Shown here: positions 17,752-27,995 of the stretch, in pieces | How positions within the stretch are numbered: the stretch's first letter is position 1 | Layout of the letters: the number at the start of each line of letters is the position of its first letter | From: Candidatus Levyibacteriota bacterium | Lineage (GTDB): Bacteria > Patescibacteriota > Microgenomatia > Levybacterales > UBA12049 | NCBI GenBank assembly: GCA_041906785.1 | Contig: JAYRIM010000029.1 | Location: 1,149-65,148 of the forward strand | Direction: 5' to 3' | Length of the DNA: 64,000 nt | Made by a program: the position numbers and the translations under genes | The notes under the pieces: generated by a model | Database searches by the model: none | The model's input: the letters and a program-made list of their open reading frames with translations, nothing else | Told to the model about the DNA's origin: nothing

Positions 17752-18399
17752 TTATTTCAATTTTTTAAATTGATAACTCCAGACTGCCAAACAAGCAAAA
17801 GCAGAACCGAGTAATGCCCCACCAATAATATCGGTAAACCAATGTTCCCCAAGATATACTCGAGAAAGCAACATAATACAATCAAACATTATAATCATGC
17901 CCGTGATAATAAGCTTCACTTCCTTCGATACCCTTTTACTTTGCCAAATCAAAAGAATAAGCAGTACAGATAAAAATGTTGTCCGCCCACTATGACCAGA
18001 AGGATATGAATATTCTGCGCGTACATGAAACTCCGGAAATTCTTCAACTCGCTTGGTACGCAACATAAATTCTGGAGGCGGAAGGTTTTCAACAACATTT
18101 TTTCCAAATATTTCAATCATGTGAAATAAAGCAAAAAGTAAGAAAGTTATCAGACCAGCAAAAATTTTTCTGTTCGCAATAATAACAATAAGCAGAATAA
18201 TTGTGAGTACTTCAAACGTACCAAAAAAACTAAACCATGAAAATGGATCATCGAATCGACGAGGAATGTTGTTCTGTAAACGAACTGTCGTATCAAAATC
18301 AAGTTGTTTAAAAATATTTTTATCAACCAGAAATGAAAAGAGAATAAAAAAGAAGAAAAGCATCAATCCACTCATGAGCATCACAAATCGCGGTTTCAT
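17752..18399 (-). CDS. PAP2-family membrane phosphatase
   Basis: SYPSGH and SRVYLGEHWFTDIIGG motifs. Confidence 0.9.
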   Translation of the reverse strand: MKPRFVMLMSGLMLFFFFILFSFLVDKNIFKQLDFDTTVRLQNNIPRRFDDPFSWFSFFGTFEVLTIILLIVIIANRKIFAGLITFLLFALFHMIEIFGKNVVENLPPPEFMLRTKRVEEFPEFHVRAEYSYPSGHSGRTTFLSVLLILLIWQSKRVSKEVKLIITGMIIMFDCIMLLSRVYLGEHWFTDIIGGALLGSAFACLAVWSYQFKKLK

Positions 18400-18415
18400 T
18401 CTCGTATCATAGCAT

Positions 18416-18790
18416 TCAACGAATATTTTCTCTATGTGAAGGAGAATATTTATTTGCGATAAATGAAATTGCTCTATCTGTCGAAGTCGTAGTTTTACTA
18501 AACCCTTCTAAAGATTCACCCGTCTCAGCAACAAAGATATCTACAATACCTGCACCTAAACGAACTGCTACAGAGAGATCTTGCCTTCTGATATGATCAA
18601 TACCCCTACGTAAATCACTTGTCGAATCTGAAAAATCATGTACATATGGATTGATACCTTTTTCTCCCGGACGACTCCCTACTACTGTCACTTGCATAAC
18701 TTTAGGTGTACCTTCGGCAGGGACCTCTCCGATAACTTCGAAGTCATCATAAACAGTATGATCGTATAATGGATATTCTGGAGTTGCCAT
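18416..18790 (-). CDS. hypothetical protein
   Basis: 124-aa ORF in frame with neighbouring minus-strand genes; no family recognised. Confidence 0.55.
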   Translation of the reverse strand: MATPEYPLYDHTVYDDFEVIGEVPAEGTPKVMQVTVVGSRPGEKGINPYVHDFSDSTSDLRRGIDHIRRQDLSVAVRLGAGIVDIFVAETGESLEGFSKTTTSTDRAISFIANKYSPSHRENIR

Positions 18791-18808
18791 AGCATGTTCG
18801 GCAGGTAG

Positions 18809-19708
18809 TTATATATTTAAGCTTTTGAGGTATGCACGAAATTCTGCACTCAGATCTTCATGCTCAAGAGCAAACTCAACAACAGTTTTCAAATATTCCA
18901 ATTTATTTCCAGTATCATAATACTTACCGCCTTTTATTTCTGCAGCAATAACGCGCTTCCCATCATTCATCATAAGTTTTACCGCATCATTCCAATATAA
19001 TTCTGCGCCTTCCGTAAGATTTTCCTGGGCTCGATCTAAATATTCAAAAATATCTGGGGTATACAGATATCCACTCACTGTTGCTAAATCTGAAGGAGCA
19101 TTCGTTTTCCCTGGTTTTTCAATGAGATGTTTAACATCGATAATACCATCTCGTAATTGTTTTCCACCTGCAAAACCATATCTGTCATAATCTTCATCTT
19201 TATGTGCTTTTACGCAGGCTAGTACAGATGAGCCATACTCTTCATAGACCTCAATCATCTGCTGAAAACGAGATTTCGGATGCGCTTTTATAAAATCATC
19301 ACTCCAGGTATAAATAAATGGTTCGTTACCGACGATTGTCCGAACATTTAATAAAGGCGTTCCATTTCCATATGGACCTTTTTGACGAACATAGAAGAAG
19401 TTCGCCATTTCAGCTATTCGTTCGGCCTGCTCGATAAGTGGACGTTTCTTTTCTCCACCCATGCGTAAATTCTCAATCAGCTCGAGGGAAGGTCGGTCGA
19501 AATGATCTTCTATAGATCGTTTATGATATCCGGTAACAATAATAATATCTTCAATTCCTGCTTCAACAAGCTCTTCCACGACATACTGAATAATTGGTTT
19601 ATCAACAACTGGAAGCATTTCTTTCGGCATAGCTTTCGTCTGAGGTAAAAATCTGGTGCCGAACCCAGCAGCGGGAATAACAGCTTTACGAATCTTTTTC
19701 TTTATCAT
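18809..19708 (-). CDS. galU: UTP--glucose-1-phosphate uridylyltransferase
   Basis: KAVIPAAGFGTRFLPQTKAMPKEMLPVVDKP, EKP, YDTG. Confidence 0.95.
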   Translation of the reverse strand: MIKKKIRKAVIPAAGFGTRFLPQTKAMPKEMLPVVDKPIIQYVVEELVEAGIEDIIIVTGYHKRSIEDHFDRPSLELIENLRMGGEKKRPLIEQAERIAEMANFFYVRQKGPYGNGTPLLNVRTIVGNEPFIYTWSDDFIKAHPKSRFQQMIEVYEEYGSSVLACVKAHKDEDYDRYGFAGGKQLRDGIIDVKHLIEKPGKTNAPSDLATVSGYLYTPDIFEYLDRAQENLTEGAELYWNDAVKLMMNDGKRVIAAEIKGGKYYDTGNKLEYLKTVVEFALEHEDLSAEFRAYLKSLNI

Positions 19709-19865
19709 TACTTCGCATTATATATCATAAAAACTTTTTTTGTCCAATCCCATTTTGCTTCCTCTTTACATTCCATCCTGTAATTTGGTAAAATGCAACA
19801 AGCTTTTCAGTTACTATTCTCGGTATTGCTGACTACCGACAACTGATAACTGACAACTGTAATGT

Positions 19866-20048
19866 ATGGTCACACCACTAAAATTCCTCATCGAAACTAA
19901 AGATGAATTACAAAAAGTAGTATGGCCATCACGACAAGACGTAATACGCTTAACATTTATCGTTATTTTTGTTAGCGCTTTAGTAGCATTTTATATAGGG
20001 GCGCTAGATTTCGCTTTTGCGAAAATCACAGAAACATTATTAAGATAA
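19866..20048 (+). CDS. secE: preprotein translocase subunit SecE
   Basis: ELQKVVWPSR motif, TM, position before nusG. Confidence 0.95.
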   Translation: MVTPLKFLIETKDELQKVVWPSRQDVIRLTFIVIFVSALVAFYIGALDFAFAKITETLLR

Positions 20049-20096
20049 TCACAAGTCATAAGTCTACTTAGGACTTATAACTTGTAACTTACTATT

Positions 20097-20675
20097 ATGG
20101 ATCAAACAGATCAATCAGAAAAACTTACACCAACTACCAATGATGCATCTGCAAATGCAAAGTGGTATATCGTTCATACCTACGCAGGTCATGAAAATAA
20201 GGTATCGAAAAATCTCCAACAACGGGTACAAGCACTCGGCTTTGAAAATCGGGTGTTTGATGTTATTGTACCAACACGAAATACCATTAAAGTCTCTCAA
20301 GGAAAAAAGGAAAATGTACAGGAAAAAATCTTCCCAGGGTATGTGCTCGTAAAAATGATTCTCGATGACGAAAGTTGGCTTCTTGTACGAAGCACGCAAG
20401 GCGTCACAGCATTTATCGGCGCTGGAAATAAACCCACTCCTATTTCAGAAAAAGAAGTTGCGGCTATTCAACAGTTCATGCAGCAAGATCAGCCTCTTTA
20501 TAAAACCTCATTTACTATTGGTGAAGCAGTTAAAATTGTCGATGGTCCACTGACAGATTTCTTAGGAACAGTTGATACCATTGACGAATCGCATGGAAAG
20601 TTAAAAGTGCTTGTGACTTTATTTGGAAGAGAAACCGTGGTAGAATTAGATTTTCTTCAAGTGAAGAAAATCTAA
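20097..20675 (+). CDS. nusG: transcription termination/antitermination factor NusG
   Basis: WYIVHTYAGHENKV, FPGYVLV, KOW GEAVKIVDGP, FGRET.VELDF. Confidence 0.98.
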   Translation: MDQTDQSEKLTPTTNDASANAKWYIVHTYAGHENKVSKNLQQRVQALGFENRVFDVIVPTRNTIKVSQGKKENVQEKIFPGYVLVKMILDDESWLLVRSTQGVTAFIGAGNKPTPISEKEVAAIQQFMQQDQPLYKTSFTIGEAVKIVDGPLTDFLGTVDTIDESHGKLKVLVTLFGRETVVELDFLQVKKI

Positions 20676-20793
20676 TTAGTTAAAAGTTCAAAGTCAAAAG
20701 TGTAAAGTAAATAAGGAAACTACAAATGATTCCTTATATTACTTTTAATTTTTCATTTTTAACTTTTAATTTGACTGACTGAAAGGAAGGAAC

Positions 20794-21216
20794 ATGGCGA
20801 AGAAAGTAAAAACAATTATTAAATTAAACATTCCAGCCGGAGCAGCGACTCCTGCACCACCTGTCGGTCCAGCGCTTGGTCAACATGGATTACCGATCAT
20901 GGAATTTGTGAAAGCGTATAATGATAAAACGGCTGATCAAAAAGGTAATATTCTTCCAGTGGTTATTACAGTGTATGAAGATAGAACATTTAGTTTTATC
21001 ACGAAAAAACCACCAGTCGCTGAAATGATTAAAAAAGCATTAAGTAAAGATAAAGGCTCACAAAAACCAGGACGTGAATCTGCAGGAGTACTCTCACGAA
21101 CACAAGCTGAAGAAATCGCCAAACAAAAAATGGAAGATTTAAATACATCAGATCTCGAAATGGCTACTCGTGTCGTAATGGGCACAGCCAGATCGATGGG
21201 CGTAGAAGTTAAATAA
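20794..21216 (+). CDS. rplK: 50S ribosomal protein L11
   Basis: [25 protein letters not shown]. Confidence 0.98.
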   Translation: MAKKVKTIIKLNIPAGAATPAPPVGPALGQHGLPIMEFVKAYNDKTADQKGNILPVVITVYEDRTFSFITKKPPVAEMIKKALSKDKGSQKPGRESAGVLSRTQAEEIAKQKMEDLNTSDLEMATRVVMGTARSMGVEVK

Positions 21217-21290
21217 AAAAATGAAAGATTAAATCTCAAAGATTTTTTTAGATTTGATTTTTTATTTTTTAGATTGACTGGAAGAAACAT

Positions 21291-22130
21291 ATGGGAAAAA
21301 TAAGAGTAAAAGTCATCGGCGACGAACAAGCCGAGAAAGAACAACAAGCAGAAGCAAAAAAACGCGCAGAAGCGAAAAAGATTGAAGCATATAAACGCGA
21401 AAATCTTGAAAAGCAGACTGGTGATAAAACTGTAGAAACAATTGAAAAACCAGAAGAGATAAAAGAAGCAAAACCTAAAACTGTAAAGAAAAAGTTTGAA
21501 AAGGATGTAACGAAGAAGCGCTCAAATAAATTTGATGAGGTAGCTAAACTTGTTGATAAAAATAAAACATATTCTCTTCAAGAAGCTGTTTCACTTTTAC
21601 CAAAACTTCAAAGAGCAAAATTTGATGAAACAGTGGAGCTTCATATCAATACGACAGATAAAGGAGTTTCCGGAAACGTGACACTTCCTCACGGCACAGG
21701 AAAGACAGTTCGGATTGTGATCGCAAACCAATCTGAAGATCCGAAAGGCGTTGAAGAATTAGTAAAAAAAGTTGAGAGTGGAACAATTGACTTTGATGTA
21801 CTTCTCGCAACACCTGAAACAATGCCTAAATTAGCGAGAATTGCTCGATTTCTAGGACCACGCGGACTTATGCCAAATCCGAAAAACGGTACAGTAACTC
21901 CAAAACCGCAAGAAATGGCGAAAAAGTTTGAGGGTGGACAAATGAATTTTAAAGCAGAAGCGAAATTTCCACTGTTACACTTATCAGTAGGAAAAGTATC
22001 GTTTGGAGATAAAAAATTAGGAGAAAATGTAAAAGCTGCGATAGAAGCTGTACAGTTACAGAATATAAAAAGCGTAACACTTAAATCGACGATGTCTCCT
22101 GGAATGAAACTCGATGTCAGCAACCTCTGA
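21291..22130 (+). CDS. rplA: 50S ribosomal protein L1 with charged N-terminal extension
   Basis: FDETVELH, LPHGTGK, LGPRGLMPNPKNGTV, STMSPG. Confidence 0.97.
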   Translation: MGKIRVKVIGDEQAEKEQQAEAKKRAEAKKIEAYKRENLEKQTGDKTVETIEKPEEIKEAKPKTVKKKFEKDVTKKRSNKFDEVAKLVDKNKTYSLQEAVSLLPKLQRAKFDETVELHINTTDKGVSGNVTLPHGTGKTVRIVIANQSEDPKGVEELVKKVESGTIDFDVLLATPETMPKLARIARFLGPRGLMPNPKNGTVTPKPQEMAKKFEGGQMNFKAEAKFPLLHLSVGKVSFGDKKLGENVKAAIEAVQLQNIKSVTLKSTMSPGMKLDVSNL

Positions 22131-22285
22131 TAGAAGTTACAAGTTACAAGTTATAAGTTATAAGTAATGAGTCGAAATCAACTCCTAATTCACGACACTT
22201 CACAGAAGTTAGTCCCCTTGTGGGATCACTCGTAACTCATAACTTTCTCTTGCATTCCCCTTCTTTAGCCTACTATACTACTCTT

Positions 22286-24859
22286 ATGGACCCTATTTCC
22301 GAAAAACCTTCATTTTCACTACGAAATTGGCTTACAACACCAAATGGAAAAAAAGTTCTTGTACTATTTGGTGTTAGTTTAAGTGTTTTTTTAGTTTCAT
22401 TTTTAACCTTTAATCCCGTAAAAAATAAACCCACTCAAAATCAAATTTCTAGAAAGAATAACTCGACAGAGAAAACGCTTGTCTACCCTGCTCCATCCCT
22501 CGAATTCGGAGCATATACACTACAAGGTATATTTCCTTCTGTTCCCGAAACTGTTTCTTCTTATACAGTTAAAACGAACTTGAGCCAGGAAGAAATGAAA
22601 GCTCTTGCTCAATTATTCGGATTAACAGAAGAGAAAAAATTAACAGAGCCTTTCGTTCTTTTTTACAATACAACCGATCCAGAATTCCGAGGCATGTTGT
22701 ATATAAATCAGCAAACAGGTGCCTTCTCTTTCCAATCATACGGATCTCATAAACCGAAAGATGTATCAGATTCTTCGCCAGCTGTAATCGCAAAAACATA
22801 TGTACAGCAATTAGGATTTGATGATGGTACATTTACAGAGCCTGTTACATATAAAGAAAAAACATTTCCAAACATAACATATGTAGAGTTTCATCGAGAT
22901 TGGCAGAAGGTTGAGTTACCAATTCTCAGTACAATTGGGCTTTTAAATCTTCCTGAAGGGAAACCACTGAATACACTGACATTAGGAGAACTTGAACCAT
23001 TTACGATTAAAAACCCAGATATCATACAAACATCAAATAATCAGGATGGTACAAGCCGTCCGAATGACTTTAATACTGTTACAGTAGCAGTCAGTAAGGA
23101 CGGGACAATATTATCGATTGAATCGAACATTCGAAAAATTATTGGAACAACAAGAGTCACTCGAGATGATCTTTTAACACCAGAAGAAGCATTACAGCAG
23201 TTTACAAATCATACTGGTGATTTTTCACTCACGATCCCCGCAGGAACAGGTTCTATCGCTTGGGATAAAGTGTATCCAGAGAATATCGCAAAAGCGAAAA
23301 GTGCAATCATCACAGATTATATCCTCACGTATTTAGAAAATCCTCCTAGTATTGCCCAGAATAATATCGTTCCAATGTATACCATCCGAGGAATCGCTAC
23401 GTTAGACTCAGGTTATACAGTTCGTTTTATTCAAACGCTACCAGCATTAAAGGATGGAAGTTCAATATTTGCTAAAGAAGCTACTTCAAAATCACTGGCA
23501 AAAACTCAATCAACTGTTCTTGCCGCAAAAGACAGTTTACAACTTCAGCCATATTATCCATCAGGAACAATTATTCCTACACCTACTCAAGTAGCTGGAG
23601 GTGAAATAGAATTTCCGGCCCCAACCCCGACAATCAATCCTTATTTCGCAAAATGTCCGGACTGGACAAATGGCACAACATCGAAAATACAAGTTCCAGG
23701 TCTTGGTGAAATGGTTGTAGCCATAAGCCAATCATTTTACAATCCAGATAAAAAAGAGCTGGATCGCCATGGCCCGCACACTTTTTTCTTTCGTTCTGCC
23801 ACATTTCCCGTAAGTGATATTGAAGATGTAAAAAATAAATTCTTCTTTGGAGCCGATGACCTCAGTAAACCCCCTGGCCCATTTGAGAAGCAACTAATGA
23901 TAAACGTTGCAAAAAGAACGATGGGAGATATCACTGCATCTACTGTTGATGAGATGTATGCATTGTTTAAAAGTCTCAATCGACCTTTTACAAATAGCCC
24001 ATGCGACACTTCCTCACAGTTTGAGCGTCACGCACCTCCAGACCTACGCAATTGCAAGTATAACCCTACTACCTATGAAGGTGCTGGCTTAGATATTCCT
24101 AGACTCCAAAAACTTGGTGATAATGTTGCAAAAAGATTACTGCAAGTCCAGCAAAATGGGACAATGCAATCCCTAGTTTCAGAACCAGACGTTTTTCCTA
24201 AAGAAACAATCTTTGCATTTGGTTATATTTTCTCTAGTGCAACTCCAAATATGTACTACGGTGATACAAAAGAGAGGTTTAAAGCCTGTTACATTACAGG
24301 TACATCGCCAGTTCTCTATTTATATCCTGAAAAAGATAAAAACGTGTCTGTACAAATTGATGCACCGCTGACGTACACTGATCCTTCCATCATGAATAAT
24401 GAGTGGTCAGTAATAGCTCACACAGATGGTTCAGTTAATGCAACTGCAAATTATACTCGCCCATTCTTATATTATGAATATGATCGTACGAAGATACAGA
24501 TTTCAGAACCTTTAGAAGGATTTGTTGTTACGAAAGACAGTTGGAAAAATGAAGTTCAGAAGATAGCTAAATCACTTCAATTGACAAACGCTGAAACAAA
24601 CTCGTTAATAACAGAAGTCCATAATGTAGTAACAAATCTATCAAATACAGTACAATATGTTAAACTTTCACTGGTTGAACAAAATGAAATTACTAAGAAA
24701 CTTCCATTAACGATCTCTCCTAAACCTGACAACATATATCGAATACATATTGCTGTTACACCATTTGATACGTTTAGAACAGTAAACGAGCAAAACATTC
24801 AACCGGTTGTACGAAAAGGATTTACCGTTGTAGAACTTGGCGCATTTGACGTAAAGTAA
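22286..24859 (+). CDS. large membrane-anchored hypothetical protein with C-terminal PVLYLYP-type domain
   Basis: TM near N-terminus; C-terminal PVLYLYPE...FLYYE...L.ISPKPD..R...R.GFTVVELG domain; ATG 22286 after TATACT. Confidence 0.75.
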   Translation: MDPISEKPSFSLRNWLTTPNGKKVLVLFGVSLSVFLVSFLTFNPVKNKPTQNQISRKNNSTEKTLVYPAPSLEFGAYTLQGIFPSVPETVSSYTVKTNLSQEEMKALAQLFGLTEEKKLTEPFVLFYNTTDPEFRGMLYINQQTGAFSFQSYGSHKPKDVSDSSPAVIAKTYVQQLGFDDGTFTEPVTYKEKTFPNITYVEFHRDWQKVELPILSTIGLLNLPEGKPLNTLTLGELEPFTIKNPDIIQTSNNQDGTSRPNDFNTVTVAVSKDGTILSIESNIRKIIGTTRVTRDDLLTPEEALQQFTNHTGDFSLTIPAGTGSIAWDKVYPENIAKAKSAIITDYILTYLENPPSIAQNNIVPMYTIRGIATLDSGYTVRFIQTLPALKDGSSIFAKEATSKSLAKTQSTVLAAKDSLQLQPYYPSGTIIPTPTQVAGGEIEFPAPTPTINPYFAKCPDWTNGTTSKIQVPGLGEMVVAISQSFYNPDKKELDRHGPHTFFFRSATFPVSDIEDVKNKFFFGADDLSKPPGPFEKQLMINVAKRTMGDITASTVDEMYALFKSLNRPFTNSPCDTSSQFERHAPPDLRNCKYNPTTYEGAGLDIPRLQKLGDNVAKRLLQVQQNGTMQSLVSEPDVFPKETIFAFGYIFSSATPNMYYGDTKERFKACYITGTSPVLYLYPEKDKNVSVQIDAPLTYTDPSIMNNEWSVIAHTDGSVNATANYTRPFLYYEYDRTKIQISEPLEGFVVTKDSWKNEVQKIAKSLQLTNAETNSLITEVHNVVTNLSNTVQYVKLSLVEQNEITKKLPLTISPKPDNIYRIHIAVTPFDTFRTVNEQNIQPVVRKGFTVVELGAFDVK

Positions 24860-24905
24860 AAGTTTTAAATTTTTAATTATATTTTTGACTTTTGATTTTT
24901 TACTT

Positions 24906-26075
24906 TTAATCTTCTATCACATATCCCTGATTTTTCTTTGTAGCAATAGTATCTTCGGGTAAACCTAATTTCATTAATTTTTGTCGAACTCTTCTGACAA
25001 GCTGATCAATTGCCCAGTCTGAATATTTCTCTTGTGACTCTTCTTTCCAGACAGCTTGTGCAATCTCATCCCGGGTTACAATTTTTCCTTTATTTTGTAA
25101 AAAGTGTCGTAACATTCTTCTTTCAGATGGTGAAAAAGTCGACGTTACTATAGTATTGTTTATTACAATATCTTTTTTATTTGTAACATTTATCGTTGTG
25201 GCATCTGCATAGTATGTTTTTACATAATCCCTGAGAAGCGCAACACGAATAGTAAAAGAGTCTCCATGAGGTACAAGAAAACCTGTATTCACAAGATATG
25301 TTATAGTTTGTTTTTCTTCTGGAGTAAAATGCATCTCTTCTCTTACAAGTTTTCTCAACACATCATGCTCCCATTCCTCTAATTCTGTCATTATTGTATT
25401 CAATCGTAAAATCATACCATCATGCGTAAATAATGTGGAACGATCGTTAGTCTTCGCTAAATGTCTTAGAGCTTCACGTACTAACCATAAACGATCACCG
25501 CATTGGGTAATGATAAGTTCCTGTAAAGCCTTATCAAGAGAAAAGTTATATTCTTTAGCAAGTTCTTGAATAAATGATCGAACTTCTTCAGTCGTATATG
25601 GCCTTTTAATAAAAATATTATGATACAGAGAAGAAAAATGAGATAATTTTTTAACATATGAAGGTGCTGTTATATTCTTCTTAAAAAAATAAATTATTGA
25701 ACATTGTTCCTGCGATAATGCAAATGTGTTAAAAATTGGCAATAGATCAAACCGTTCTGTTAAAAGCAAATCCGCATTCATAAGAATGATAACTAAATTT
25801 TTCTTACCTCGTTGACCAGCAAATTCATTCAGAAGAGAAATAACTTGTTCTTTCGTATCATGGAGATGAACATGTAAATCGAGAGATGTAATAAAAGGAA
25901 GTGTTTTATCAGCATAACGAAGCGGATTTGTTTGGAGGGAATCAACTATTTGGGGAACTCTGTATGCTTGACCTCGTGAAGAATAATTAACAGCAGACGC
26001 TGACTCTCCTCTATTTACCACATCTATAAAAGCATTTGCGCAGTCTGTTAACCAGTTTAAAAATACTGAGATCAT
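24906..26075 (-). CDS. degenerate ATPase-like domain fused to OmpR-type winged-helix DNA-binding domain
   Basis: C-terminal FSPSERRML..F..NKG.IVTRDEIA.AVW...SDWAIDQLVRRVRQKL...TKKNQGY. Confidence 0.8.
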   Translation of the reverse strand: MISVFLNWLTDCANAFIDVVNRGESASAVNYSSRGQAYRVPQIVDSLQTNPLRYADKTLPFITSLDLHVHLHDTKEQVISLLNEFAGQRGKKNLVIILMNADLLLTERFDLLPIFNTFALSQEQCSIIYFFKKNITAPSYVKKLSHFSSLYHNIFIKRPYTTEEVRSFIQELAKEYNFSLDKALQELIITQCGDRLWLVREALRHLAKTNDRSTLFTHDGMILRLNTIMTELEEWEHDVLRKLVREEMHFTPEEKQTITYLVNTGFLVPHGDSFTIRVALLRDYVKTYYADATTINVTNKKDIVINNTIVTSTFSPSERRMLRHFLQNKGKIVTRDEIAQAVWKEESQEKYSDWAIDQLVRRVRQKLMKLGLPEDTIATKKNQGYVIED

Positions 26076-26104
26076 ACTCTAGGACGCCATTATATCACAT
26101 CTAT

Positions 26105-26128
26105 TGTCAAACTGACAATTTATTGTCA
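26105..26128. promoter_or_regulatory. putative operator TGTCA-N2-CTGACAA-N4-TTGTCA (copy 1)
   Basis: lies in the divergent promoter region of the wHTH regulator; same arrangement at 27641-27664. Confidence 0.55.
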
Positions 26129-26222
26129 GAAATTGTTATAGCATCCATGACAAGTTGATAATTAAGACTCATATATATACTCAAGCTCCTACTTCGCAAG
26201 TTTTTTATCATGAGAAATAAAT

Positions 26223-27626
26223 ATGTCACGCGAAGGAGATTATTATCTTGTAAACTTAGCAAACCAGGCAGGAAGAAAAGAAATTGTCCCTTATGTAGAC
26301 CAGGTAATTCGTAATTTCACACAATTAGGAACAGTCGTAAGCCCCACTGGCCGTTCAGTACCGAAGGATATACTGGGAACTGACGAATCTGACGATATAT
26401 TTGATAGGCCGACGATAACTCCTGCAGGTATCAGACAGATTTTTTCAGAGTATATTATAGATCTGGATCATGATGATACCCCTGGAAAAGTGGCTGATGT
26501 CGTAAATTTCATGTTATTTGATGAGAGAAATCCTGAACATGAAAATCCATTTAATCCTCAAGCTGCAGAACTTCATGATGTCTTTGTGGCAACGCATGAT
26601 CCTTTATCGCAAGAAATAGCGAGAGAACTTTGGGAATATGAACAGAGAGAAGCCTTAAGAAGACAGTTAGAGTTCCGAGTTAAAAGAAATATCGATATTA
26701 GAATCATAGGTCAACTTGCATCTGGAAAAACTACATTTCTTCATACAGTTTCGCGAGAGTTAGCATTAGAAGAGGCAAACCTTGGAGTTTCTGCCAGTGA
26801 ACCTGAAGACCTAGAAAACGACTACCCAGAGCTTGCAGTACAAAACAGCTATGAATACGCAAGAGATTTATCACGAGGAGCAGAGGCAACATTCGGAACA
26901 GAAACAGTACAGCTCTTTAGCTATGCCACACATAATGGAGACCTTGCAGAAGTTACGATTCATAGTTCAGGTGGACATGTCCGAGCTGATAGACCATATG
27001 ATTATATAGATTTTTCTGTAGCAGCTTTTTTTATTGATTACCACTTAATGGAACAACTCACTCAGTTAGATACAGCGACTGATCCTCAAACAGTTTTGGA
27101 AAATAATGAAACGGTTTTAGAAACTGTACGCAGTTTACTGGCACGATTACAAGATTGGCATCAAGTAGATGGTGCGAAACTTGGTGTACTTACAAAATTA
27201 CCTCATGGTCAACCTATTACTAAAAAAATGTTTGAGGTAGTCAATAGAGCATATAAAAGAGTTCTCGCATATGCAGAAGCACATTACGAAGAGATAACAG
27301 ATGACTTTATTTACTCTGAAGGTATGGAACTAGATCCGACCATGCTTGATCCACAGGACGTCAGAAAAACTGCCAGCGAGTGGTGGCCTATCTACGATGA
27401 TGAACCGACATTTTCAGGCACTGTTCAGGTAGCAAAACGACTAACAGAACTTGCAGTGCTAGGCGAAAAGAAAAAAGTTTTAGGAGAAACACAACTGGTA
27501 ACATTTGATCCCACCAATAATAATCCCGGATTGATCTACTACGAACAGCTACCAAATAATAACGACTCTACAACAAAAAGGAATGATACGTATGACCAAG
27601 GCACTATTTTTAATGCAAACATGTAA
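26223..27626 (+). CDS. acidic hypothetical protein with divergent small-GTPase-like P-loop domain
   Basis: IRIIGQLASGKTT (G1), ATFG (G2-like), IHSSGGH (G3-like), VLTKL (G4-like). Confidence 0.65.
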   Translation: MSREGDYYLVNLANQAGRKEIVPYVDQVIRNFTQLGTVVSPTGRSVPKDILGTDESDDIFDRPTITPAGIRQIFSEYIIDLDHDDTPGKVADVVNFMLFDERNPEHENPFNPQAAELHDVFVATHDPLSQEIARELWEYEQREALRRQLEFRVKRNIDIRIIGQLASGKTTFLHTVSRELALEEANLGVSASEPEDLENDYPELAVQNSYEYARDLSRGAEATFGTETVQLFSYATHNGDLAEVTIHSSGGHVRADRPYDYIDFSVAAFFIDYHLMEQLTQLDTATDPQTVLENNETVLETVRSLLARLQDWHQVDGAKLGVLTKLPHGQPITKKMFEVVNRAYKRVLAYAEAHYEEITDDFIYSEGMELDPTMLDPQDVRKTASEWWPIYDDEPTFSGTVQVAKRLTELAVLGEKKKVLGETQLVTFDPTNNNPGLIYYEQLPNNNDSTTKRNDTYDQGTIFNANM

Positions 27627-27640
27627 CAAAATTTTATGAA

Positions 27641-27664
27641 TGTCATTCTGACAAAGTTTTGTCA
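27641..27664. promoter_or_regulatory. putative operator TGTCA-N2-CTGACAA-N4-TTGTCA (copy 2)
   Basis: TGTCATTCTGACAAAGTTTTGTCA upstream of the 27996-30865 operon. Confidence 0.55.
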
Positions 27665-27995
27665 TATCTTTTCTCAAGCATCACTGACGGAAATGGATTA
27701 TTTTGGTAGTATGCACAGCGCTGTATATCATTCTAATAATACATATTTTTTATGAATGTTGCGACATCTGAACTCTCTGTATTACCATTGCGTTAATATG
27801 ATGTATTCAACCTTTGTAGCAGGAAAAAATATTGTGTCGGAGAGCTCTACAAGCTCGTATTGTAAGTTTCTAACATACTCTCTGATATCTCTCACCCTCC
27901 TCTCGTTTCTTTTAGAATATATAAAGTTCTAAAGCTTCAAAACCAATCTGTACAATGTACGTAATTTACCTTATGATAAAAAAGGAACCAATAGT

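Noticed and set aside
19709-19865. tRNA-Trp expected upstream of secE
   Set aside because: No cloverleaf or TTCGA T-loop visible; the region is promoters plus heptamer repeats.
27627-27995. Small ORFs or pseudogene in the 370-nt gap
   Set aside because: Only ORFs of about 45 aa or less with no recognisable motif.
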